NCBI GenBank assembly: GCA_045631965.1
Contig: JAZQVR010000032.1
Location: forward strand, 1 to 32,000
Direction of reading: 5' to 3'
DNA from: Acutalibacteraceae bacterium
GTDB taxonomy: Bacteria; Bacillota; Clostridia; Oscillospirales; Acutalibacteraceae
Length of the DNA stretch: 32,000 nt
The notes beneath the pieces are model-generated. The model saw only the letters and a list, made by a program, of their open reading frames with translations. It did no database searches and was not told the origin of the DNA. Shown here in pieces: positions 7,121 to 13,116 of the stretch. Every line of letters starts with the position of its first letter. Positions within the stretch are counted from its first letter, which is position 1. The position numbers and the translations under genes were made by a program.

Positions 7121-7140
7121 TGACGCTGAAACAAAAAAAT

Positions 7141-7176
7141 AAAACAGATAAAACAGATAAAACACATAAAAAACAC
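7141..7176. repeat. 9-bp tandem repeat aaaacagat x2, then degenerate aaaacacat and aaaaaacac
   Basis: Read directly at 7141-7149, 7150-7158, 7159-7167 and 7168-7176. Confidence 0.8.
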
Positions 7177-7204
7177 ACCTGTTCTTGAAATAGAAAGTTT
7201 CTCT

Positions 7205-7242
7205 GATGGTGTCGGTGAAAACCGACACCATCTTTTATTTTT
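7205..7242 (+). terminator. Intrinsic terminator of the methyltransferase-phosphodiesterase operon
   Basis: gatggtgtcggt (7205-7216), GAAA loop, accgacaccatc (7221-7232): a perfect 12-bp stem. Followed by ttttattttt. Confidence 0.85.
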
Positions 7243-7253
7243 CGAAAAAGATC

Positions 7254-7282
7254 TTGACAAGGAAACAAATGTTCTATATAAT
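7254..7282 (+). promoter_or_regulatory. Consensus sigma70 promoter with no ORF downstream
   Basis: TTGACA (7254-7259), exactly 17 nt, TATAAT (7277-7282). Confidence 0.6.
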
Positions 7283-7288
7283 AATAAA

Positions 7289-7526
7289 TTGGTAAATAAT
7301 GTATTTGCCTTACAACTAAATATCAGCTGAAACACACATTTTTTTACTTATTGGCTTTATGCCAACACATATTATCTGACCGAAGAAAGTATAGTCCGAT
7401 ACTCGGTTAGTAACATACGGACAATCAGAGCTTAAAGATTAAGCCGTTACATAGTTTCAGTACAAACTGTGCGAGAGGATGAAATGTCCTCCCGCTATTT
7501 GTGCTGTCTATGTGACGGCTTTTTTA
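7289..7526 (+). ncRNA. Candidate ~240-nt structured non-coding RNA (unknown class)
   Basis: It lies between the consensus promoter and a terminator-like structure. The outer stem is agccgttacatag (7442-7454) with ctatgtgacggct (7508-7520), 13 bp including one G-U. An inner hairpin spans 7471-7496. The T run is at 7521-7526. Only very short ORFs (about 6 codons) start at ATGs inside it. Additional local hairpins are present, for example ttggc/gccaa at 7352-7366. Confidence 0.4.
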
Positions 7527-7860
7527 TTGTGCAATTTTAACAAAAATAAAAAAGTTTTCAAATTTGTTTAATTTTTTGCCGTTCTAAACCCTTACCCCTT
7601 GGGGGATGTTTTTTCTCGTGTACCTTGACAACTGAATGACCGTCTGAAAGTGATATGACTTTGCGATGATATGAGCGAGGCAACGTTCCGGTGAAATTCC
7701 GGGACAGGAACTATTTCGGGTGAAACGGCAAAAAGAGGTTTTTGATATGTAGTTAATGGAATTACCCTACTAAAGAAATAAAACTCATTTCAGACGAAAA
7801 AATCATCAAAAATCAACCCGAAAAGCTACAGTAAAAAGGAGTGTGATAGTTATTCCGAGG

Positions 7861-8028
7861 ATGACCAAAAGTAAAAAATCAGAATGGAGCCTGTTCCTGA
7901 ATGAACGAAACAGAATCTGCTATAACCATATTTGCAGAAGATGTGTTAAAAGCTGCAAACAGAGCTTCAGGGCTGTGGTTATATCCTGCAACTATGTATC
8001 AAAAAGGAGTGTGAAAGATAGTGGATAA
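7861..8028 (+). CDS. Small cysteine-rich protein (CxxC...C...C), putative zinc-binding
   Basis: MTKSKKSEWSLFLNERNRICYNHICRRCVKSCKQSFRAVVISCNY. It overlaps the next gene's start by 8 nt. The start is uncertain: ATG 7861, or GTG 7843, which sits only 1 nt after the GGAG. Confidence 0.45.
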   Translation: MTKSKKSEWSLFLNERNRICYNHICRRCVKSCKQSFRAVVISCNYVSKRSVKDSG

Positions 8029-8353
8029 TGAAATCTTCTTCAAAATGCCGAAGGTGTTGTTTACAGATAAATACAAAGGCTTATCTGCCGAAGCAAAGCT
8101 GCTTTACGGCTTGATGCTCGATAGGATGCAGTTGTCGGCAATTAACGGTTGGTGTGATAAAAACGGCGAGGTGTTTATCTTTTACACCATTGCCGAAACG
8201 AGTGAGGTGCTTGGGTGCGGTCATGACAAGGCAACAAGGCTACAGCGTGAGCTTGTGAAACGTAACCTGCTCTGTCGCAAATATCAGGGCAAGGGTAAGC
8301 CTGCAAAGCTGTATGTTTTAACTGTGCCGAAAACAAGCACTGAGCCTTCGTAA
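8021..8353 (+). CDS. Replication initiator A N-terminal domain (RepA_N) protein, probably truncated
   Basis: FFKMPKVLFTDKYKGLSAEAKLLYGLMLDRMQLSAINGWCDKNGEVFIFYT is the RepA_N signature. At 110 aa, only the N-terminal domain is present. Confidence 0.7.
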   Translation: MDNEIFFKMPKVLFTDKYKGLSAEAKLLYGLMLDRMQLSAINGWCDKNGEVFIFYTIAETSEVLGCGHDKATRLQRELVKRNLLCRKYQGKGKPAKLYVLTVPKTSTEPS

Positions 8354-8635
8354 AAGCCGCAAGTAATAAGACTGAGCAGAGTAAAACTGAAAGTTATATA
8401 CCAACCGAGAAAAGAGAAATATATCTTTAATTTAGTTAGTAGTAACTTTAAGTATATAAGGCGGCTTAGATGAATGAGAACGGCTGATGAAACATCGCAT
8501 TTCTTCTTCGGCTTGTAAAATATTTTAATAATCATGAACATTTTTGTAGTGCTTATTCTCATTGCAATTAGGGGCGGTTTTAATATATAAAAACTGCCCC
8601 CACTAATGTGAGAGCAGTGAAAATGTTCTTATAAA

Positions 8636-9070
8636 TTATATAAATCCTCTTTGCTTTGCTTCTTCAATCAGCTTTGGTTGAATTAATGGATATGTCCAAT
8701 TTTCCACTAATGTATCTGTAATAAAGACTTTTTCCATTTCACTATGTAATTCGTTTTCAAAAGTCTTAATATCTGCAAAAAACAACATGCCATAGGTCTC
8801 TTCACCTGTTTCGTTCACTTTGTTTTTGCCTGTTACAGAATAAACACAAATAGGAGAAATGTCGAAATCCAAGGCACCGGTTTCTTCTTTTAACTCTCTT
8901 TTCGCAGTTTCTAAAATATCTTCATTTTCCTCTCTATGACCTCCAGGAACTTCGTAAGTGTTTCTTTCTTTGTGCTTGCAAAACACCCATTTCCCATTTG
9001 TTTTAGAAATAATAACTGCAAACTTCAAACACTCATCTGCTACTTGGTTATAAAATTTAACTTCTAACAT
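8636..9070 (-). CDS. NUDIX hydrolase (144 aa)
   Basis: Nudix box GGHREENEDILETAKRELKEETG (Gx5Ex7REUxEExGU). Confidence 0.9.
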   Translation of the reverse strand: MLEVKFYNQVADECLKFAVIISKTNGKWVFCKHKERNTYEVPGGHREENEDILETAKRELKEETGALDFDISPICVYSVTGKNKVNETGEETYGMLFFADIKTFENELHSEMEKVFITDTLVENWTYPLIQPKLIEEAKQRGFI

Positions 9071-9151
9071 TTTATCAACATCTCCGTAAACCTTAATTAG
9101 TTTAGATGATTATATCACATACTTACCAAACAAATCAACATGAATACATAT

Positions 9152-9185
9152 CCTTGTACTTAAAGTTTCAGTACGAGGATTTTTT
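9152..9185 (+). promoter_or_regulatory. Terminator-like hairpin whose 3' arm contains the SD of the first RHH gene
   Basis: ccttgtact (9152-9160) pairs with agtacgagg (9170-9178), 9 bp with one G-U. T run at 9180-9185. GAGG at 9174-9177 lies 9 nt (8 nt if read as GAGGA) before the ATG at 9187. Confidence 0.35.
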
Positions 9186-9186
9186 A

Positions 9187-9699
9187 ATGCAAATTTTTAA
9201 AGTAAAGGAAGTGAAAAAATGCTTTAGCAAACAAACCGAAAAAACAGTAAAAAAGCGTGGCATAAGTCTTAACAAGCACTGGATTTGTGCATACAAATCC
9301 CACTTGTTAGGGACTGCCCCTAAAACCCGAAAGCCAGGAGGTGAAAAATTGAAGCTGACAAAAACAATATTTTTGTATCTGAATGAGAAAGAATTTTCAA
9401 TGCTCACAAAGGATGCCGAAAGAGCAAATATGAGCAGGTCACGGTATATCAGGCATCAGATTGATAATGCAAAAATGAAGCCCACTTTGGATATGGACTA
9501 TGAGAAATATATTAATCTGCTTGAGCCTATATGTGACAAGCTGAGCATCGTTTCAAAAAGAGTGTGGCAAACCAAAATGTTGGATGTTGTAATGCTTCGT
9601 GAAGTTCTTAAAAGCACAAATGAAATTATGCCCGAAATCATAAAAGCAAAGGAGGTGGCACAGTGCGTACAAGAGCGAGAAGAATCGCAGTTAGAGTAA
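9187..9699 (+). CDS. Ribbon-helix-helix (MobC/CopG-like) protein
   Basis: KTRKPGGEKLKLTKTIFLYLNEKEFSMLTKDAERANMSRSRYIRHQI fits the RHH/MobC pattern (beta strand, helix, G/N-x-S-x-S-x-YIR). Start chosen at ATG 9187 with its GAGGA SD. An alternative is TTG 9349 after GGAGG. The track start at 9106 is unlikely. Confidence 0.55.
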   Translation: MQIFKVKEVKKCFSKQTEKTVKKRGISLNKHWICAYKSHLLGTAPKTRKPGGEKLKLTKTIFLYLNEKEFSMLTKDAERANMSRSRYIRHQIDNAKMKPTLDMDYEKYINLLEPICDKLSIVSKRVWQTKMLDVVMLREVLKSTNEIMPEIIKAKEVAQCVQEREESQLE

Positions 9700-10001
9700 G
9701 TGAAGAGCAGTATAACAAAATCAGCCGTTTGACAGAGCGAAGCTTTTTTACTAAGGAGCAGGTGCTGAGGGATATTATCCTCGGCTATCCGATTCAGGAA
9801 GACAGAAAGCCTGAATGTATGGAGTTTATTCTGAAGCTCCGTGGAATTGCAAGTGCTTTAAACAATCTTTTCAGAAACTACGGCTTATCAGATTTACCAA
9901 TCGGTAAGGAAATGAAACAGACCGCTGATGCGGTTGAGGATACAGAGAATCTAATTGAAGATTGTATTTTTATCACAAGAATGAAAAGGAGAATTAAATG
10001 A
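9663..10001 (+). CDS. Second ribbon-helix-helix (MobC-like) protein
   Basis: RARRIAVRVSEEQYNKISRLTERSFFTKEQVLRDII. GTG start with a GGAGG SD at 9651-9655. It overlaps the upstream gene by 37 nt. Confidence 0.6.
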   Translation: MRTRARRIAVRVSEEQYNKISRLTERSFFTKEQVLRDIILGYPIQEDRKPECMEFILKLRGIASALNNLFRNYGLSDLPIGKEMKQTADAVEDTENLIEDCIFITRMKRRIK

Positions 10002-10915
10002 ATAAAGAAGAAAATTTTATTAACACCCTGTTTGAGAAAACAGAAGAAACAGAGGCTGTAGAGTCTCAGACAACCGAAATCATAAATATGGCCGTAGGAA
10101 GAATTGTTCCCAATTTTAAGAATCCGTACAAATGCCGTGAGGAAGATATGAAGCCGTTGGAAGACAGTATCCGTGAAAATGGTATTATACAGCCCATTAT
10201 GGTGCGAAAGGACGATAAGGCTGATGTGTATGAAATCATATCAGGTCACAGACGTTTTCTTGCAGCAACAAGACTTAATCTGACAGAGGTTCCCGTTGTT
10301 GTATTGGACATAAGCAAAGAGGAAGCAGATATTATTCTTGTTGACAGCAATCTCCATCGTGAGCATATTCTCCCCTCGGAAAAAGCCTTTGCATACAAGA
10401 TGAAAATGGATGCCATTAAAAGGCAAGGTAAACGCACAGATTTAACTTCGGACCAAGTCGGACCGAAGTTATCTGCAGATGAGATTTCTGACAGTGACAG
10501 TGCATCTCAGGTAAAAAGATATATCCGTCTTACTAACCTGATTCCAAGGCTTCTTACTTTGGTAGATAGCGGTAAAATCGCACTTGGTCCTGCTGTTGAG
10601 CTTTCATATCTCGGCCAAGGTCATCAGAACTTTTTGGCTGAGGCTATTGAGAAAGAGCTTGCTACACCTTCCCTTGCACAGGCTCAGAAATTGAAGAAGC
10701 TGGCACAAGAGGGAAATCTTGATGTCGGTACAATTCTTAGTATGGTTAAACAAACAAAACCTAATCAGGTCGTTACAGTTAAAATCCCCGAGGATAAAAT
10801 CAGTAAATATATGAAATCTACTGCTACCGTAAAGGAAAAGGAAGATTTTCTTGCAAAGGCGGTTGAATATTACGGTAAGTATCTTCAGAGACAGAAAGAC
10901 AGAGGTGCGAGATAA
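9998..10915 (+). CDS. ParB/Srx-like N-terminal domain protein
   Basis: IQPIMVRK...YEIISGHRRFLAATRLNLTEVPVVV...ILVDSNLHRE...PSEKAFAYK is the ParB N-terminal domain signature (GHRR box). ATGA start/stop overlap with the upstream gene. Confidence 0.85.
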   Translation: MNKEENFINTLFEKTEETEAVESQTTEIINMAVGRIVPNFKNPYKCREEDMKPLEDSIRENGIIQPIMVRKDDKADVYEIISGHRRFLAATRLNLTEVPVVVLDISKEEADIILVDSNLHREHILPSEKAFAYKMKMDAIKRQGKRTDLTSDQVGPKLSADEISDSDSASQVKRYIRLTNLIPRLLTLVDSGKIALGPAVELSYLGQGHQNFLAEAIEKELATPSLAQAQKLKKLAQEGNLDVGTILSMVKQTKPNQVVTVKIPEDKISKYMKSTATVKEKEDFLAKAVEYYGKYLQRQKDRGAR

Positions 10916-11151
10916 TGAAAAAGATAAAGGATTTTTACGGTCTTATTGGTGAAGAAGAATATGTTATTGACGGTGTCCTTTACAAGGTTTCTTCCAAGTT
11001 CGCACCCGTGAATATTTCAAAGATTGAAAACACCATAAGCGACAAAGCACAAAAATATGTTGGCAGTGATTTTGCACATTTGACAAGTGCCGATGATAGA
11101 AATACAATGAATGCAGAATATATATGTTTGACTGCCGGGAAGGAGGACTAA
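10915..11151 (+). CDS. tnpW: Small TnpW-like transposon protein
   Basis: 78-aa ORF immediately upstream of, and overlapping (TAATG), the serine recombinase gene. The central IDGVLYKVSSKF...ISDK and C-terminal ...EYICLTAGKED resemble TnpW-type proteins. The functional assignment is tentative. Confidence 0.5.
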   Translation: MKKIKDFYGLIGEEEYVIDGVLYKVSSKFAPVNISKIENTISDKAQKYVGSDFAHLTSADDRNTMNAEYICLTAGKED

Positions 11152-12854
11152 TGCAGTCTGATGCAAATATCGGAATTACTGCTATCTACTGCCGTTTATC
11201 GAGAGATGACGGTACAGAAACAGAGAGTAATTCAATCGGCAACCAAAAGAAAATGCTGACACAAAAGGCAAAGGAATTAGGTTTAACAAATACCAAGTAT
11301 TATGTTGATGACGGCTATACAGGCACAAACTTCAACAGACCTGCTTTTCAGGAGCTTCTTGACGATATTGAAATGGGATATATCTCAGTTGTTATTGTGA
11401 AAGACCTTTCCCGATTAGGACGAGATTATGTTTCGGTTGGTCATTATACGGACAACTATTTCCCTGAGCATAACGTAAGGTTTATTGCTGTTAATGATAT
11501 GGTTGACAGTGATGAGGGTGAAAACGAAATTGCACCATTCAAGAATGTTATGAATGAAATGTATGCGAGGGATATTTCAAGAAAAGTACGCTCTGCACAC
11601 AGAATCAGGGGTAATATGGGAGAGCCGTTATCACAGCCACCATATGGGTATATGAAGAATCTTGAAAACAAGAAAAAATGGATAATTGATACCGAAGCTG
11701 CTGAGGTAGTCAGGGACATTTACAAAATGTGCCTTGAGGGTATGGGTAATGAAGCTATTGCAGGAGAATTGCAAAAGAGAGAAATTCTTATCCCTATGGC
11801 ATATTGGCAAAGCAAAGGCTTGAATCGTGGCGGTAAGAAAACTCAATCGAATCCGTACAAGTGGTGCAAGACAACTGTACAGAAAATACTCTGTCAACAG
11901 GAATACTGCGGTGATGTTATCAACTTTAAGACCTATTCCAAGAACTTCAAGAACAAAACCCGTATAGATAACCCCGTAGAGAATTGGAAAATCTTCAAGG
12001 ATGTTCACGAGCCTATTATTGACCGTGATACTTGGGAAATGGTACAGAAGCATACTGCACAAACAAAACGCAGAGCACCTAAAAAAGAGAATGCAAGAAA
12101 GCATATCTTTAGCGGTCTTATCCGTTGTGCAGATTGCGGAAGTAATATGAGGTATCACACAAATACTGTCAACAAGGATATTCACTATTTCAGTTGCAGT
12201 AACTATGTAAAGGATACCCGTGGAACCTGTCAGGCTCGACACTATATTCGTGCAGATGCTCTTGAACAGATAGTAATCCTTGAACTGAAACGCCTTGCGA
12301 TAATGCTTCAAAAGGATGAGGAACTTCTAATAGATATTCTTGAAAAGAAGACTAACAAGGATTTCTATGACGAGAAGAAACACCTTGAAGAGCAGTTGCA
12401 GAAAGCAATAGTCCGTCAACAGTCAGTTGCTTCTCTTTATGAAAAGCTGTATGAGGACAATGCAACGGGCAAGGTTACGGATGAATGGTTTACCCACATG
12501 TCCCATAAGTATGAGGTTGAGAGAACAGAGCTGAAGGTCAGGATATTTAACCTGAGAGAAAAGGTTGCAAATATGCAGACAGTTCAGCACAGCAAGGATA
12601 TGTTTATCGGTGCAGTACGAAAGTTTCTTGATATGGATACAATCACAGCACCTCTTATACACGAGCTCATTGACCACATTGATGTGTATGAGGCAGAGGG
12701 CAAGGGTAAAAACAAGACACAGAGAGTTGTGATTCACTACAACTTTGTAGGTTATCTTGAAATACCTGAATCAGACACTCCTTGCTTCACAGCAGGTACC
12801 CGACAGGGAGTAGCAATAGGTTATATTGCGAAACCGACAGAAAAGTCAGCATAA
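11151..12854 (+). CDS. Large serine recombinase (TnpX-like; resolvase catalytic domain, recombinase domain, zinc ribbon, coiled coil)
   Basis: AIYCRLSRDD (catalytic Ser). VKDLSRLGRD. MYARDISRKVR. PYGY. CADCGSNM...FSCSNY...GTC zinc ribbon. ATG 11151 follows an AGGAGG SD. The track start at 11124 is less likely. Confidence 0.9.
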   Translation: MQSDANIGITAIYCRLSRDDGTETESNSIGNQKKMLTQKAKELGLTNTKYYVDDGYTGTNFNRPAFQELLDDIEMGYISVVIVKDLSRLGRDYVSVGHYTDNYFPEHNVRFIAVNDMVDSDEGENEIAPFKNVMNEMYARDISRKVRSAHRIRGNMGEPLSQPPYGYMKNLENKKKWIIDTEAAEVVRDIYKMCLEGMGNEAIAGELQKREILIPMAYWQSKGLNRGGKKTQSNPYKWCKTTVQKILCQQEYCGDVINFKTYSKNFKNKTRIDNPVENWKIFKDVHEPIIDRDTWEMVQKHTAQTKRRAPKKENARKHIFSGLIRCADCGSNMRYHTNTVNKDIHYFSCSNYVKDTRGTCQARHYIRADALEQIVILELKRLAIMLQKDEELLIDILEKKTNKDFYDEKKHLEEQLQKAIVRQQSVASLYEKLYEDNATGKVTDEWFTHMSHKYEVERTELKVRIFNLREKVANMQTVQHSKDMFIGAVRKFLDMDTITAPLIHELIDHIDVYEAEGKGKNKTQRVVIHYNFVGYLEIPESDTPCFTAGTRQGVAIGYIAKPTEKSA

Positions 12855-12930
12855 CAAAAAGTCGCACTCCGAAAGGAATGCGACGATACATAAAAAACTA
12901 TTATATTTAATACAAAACTCTATTTTAAGC

Positions 12931-12973
12931 AAAAAAATTGAGTATTCACAGGTCAAATCCCTTATGAATACTC
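12931..12973 (-). terminator. Intrinsic terminator downstream of tRNA-Leu, built from the element's terminal repeat
   Basis: ttgagtattca (12938-12948) pairs with tgaatactcaa (12964-12974). On the minus strand the hairpin is followed by TTTTTTT (complement of 12931-12937). Confidence 0.6.
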
Positions 12974-12983
12974 AATATGGTGC
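12938..12983. repeat. Right junction of the integrative element: right terminal inverted repeat (12938-12973) plus 9-bp direct repeat (12975-12983)
   Basis: See the left junction. ttgagta...aaatcccttatgaatactc, then a, then atatggtgc. The direct repeat overlaps the last 6 nt (tggtgc = GCACCA on the minus strand) of tRNA-Leu. Confidence 0.6.
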
Positions 12984-13064
12984 CGGTGACCGGACTTGAA
13001 CCGGTACGGTGTTGCCACCGAGGGATTTTAAGTCCCTTGCGTCTGCCGATTTCGCCACACCGGC
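12978..13064 (-). tRNA. tRNA-Leu (anticodon UAA), class II with a long variable arm, CCA encoded
   Basis: The minus strand reads GCCGGTG-TG-GCGAAATCGGCAGACGC-A-AGGGA-CT-TAA-AA-TCCCT-CGGTGGCAACACCGT-ACCGG-TTCAAGT-CCGGT-CACCGGC-A-CCA. All four stems plus the variable stem-loop pair correctly. Confidence 0.9.
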
Positions 13065-13116
13065 TTATATTATTCGGCTATGTAGATAATATAGCATAGC
13101 CGAAGTAATAAGTCAA

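Larger units (their letters stand above)
166..12974. mobile_element. About 12.8-kb Tn4451/Tn4453-like integrative element (TnpV ... TnpW, TnpX-like large serine recombinase) with cargo genes
   Basis: Terminal inverted repeats and a flanking 9-bp direct repeat. tnpV-like gene at the left end. RHH-RHH-ParB-TnpW-serine recombinase module at the right end. The cargo region is visibly more AT-rich than the housekeeping DNA to the right. The element abuts a tRNA gene. Confidence 0.6.

Noticed and set aside
7141-7176. A short tandem repeat considered as a possible mini-CRISPR or iteron array.
   Set aside because: The repeats are 9 bp and contiguous with no spacers, so this is not CRISPR-like. It is kept only as a low-interest repeat.
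6932-7335. Three overlapping minus-strand ORFs (6932-7231, 7048-7335, 7086-7268).
   Set aside because: They run through the A-rich tandem repeat and terminator, and antisense to the phosphodiesterase gene. Their translations are F/L/S low-complexity.
7453-7463. Exact 11-mer agtttcagtac is shared between the candidate ncRNA terminator region (7453-7463) and the hairpin at 9164-9174. I first read this as a repeated regulatory element.
   Set aside because: An exact 11-mer repeat is expected many times by chance in 32 kb of AT-rich DNA (4^11 is about 4.2 million, against about 5x10^8 position pairs). The flanks do not align convincingly.
7624-7629. A second TTGACA hexamer in the 7527-7842 non-coding region, considered as a promoter.
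   Set aside because: No acceptable -10 element lies 16-19 nt downstream. The nearest TATGAC is 23 nt away.
7833-7846. The 14-mer aaaaaggagtgtga is repeated at 8001-8014, in front of the Cys-rich and RepA_N ORFs.
   Set aside because: It is mostly an SD-containing A/G-rich string, and one such 14-mer pair is about what chance predicts. It was used only as weak support that both ORFs are translated.
9106-9186. N-terminal extensions offered by the ORF track: 9106 for the RHH gene, 5109 for the methyltransferase, 3364 for the GNAT, 14361 for the CofE-like gene, 25151 for the membrane protein, 11124 for the recombinase and 253 for tnpV.
   Set aside because: In each case an internal start has a proper SD. 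The extension either overlaps the upstream gene, includes a terminator hairpin, or adds non-conserved residues.
11631-12311. Long antisense ORFs inside confidently assigned genes: 11631-12311(-), 14663-15259(-), 23928-24383(-), 24758-25147(-), 13254-14329 (several), 21635-22214(+) and 19475-19762(+).
   Set aside because: They are shadow ORFs on the opposite strand or in alternative frames of strongly supported genes. Their composition is low-complexity or Cys/Ser/Leu-rich, and they have no SD sequences.
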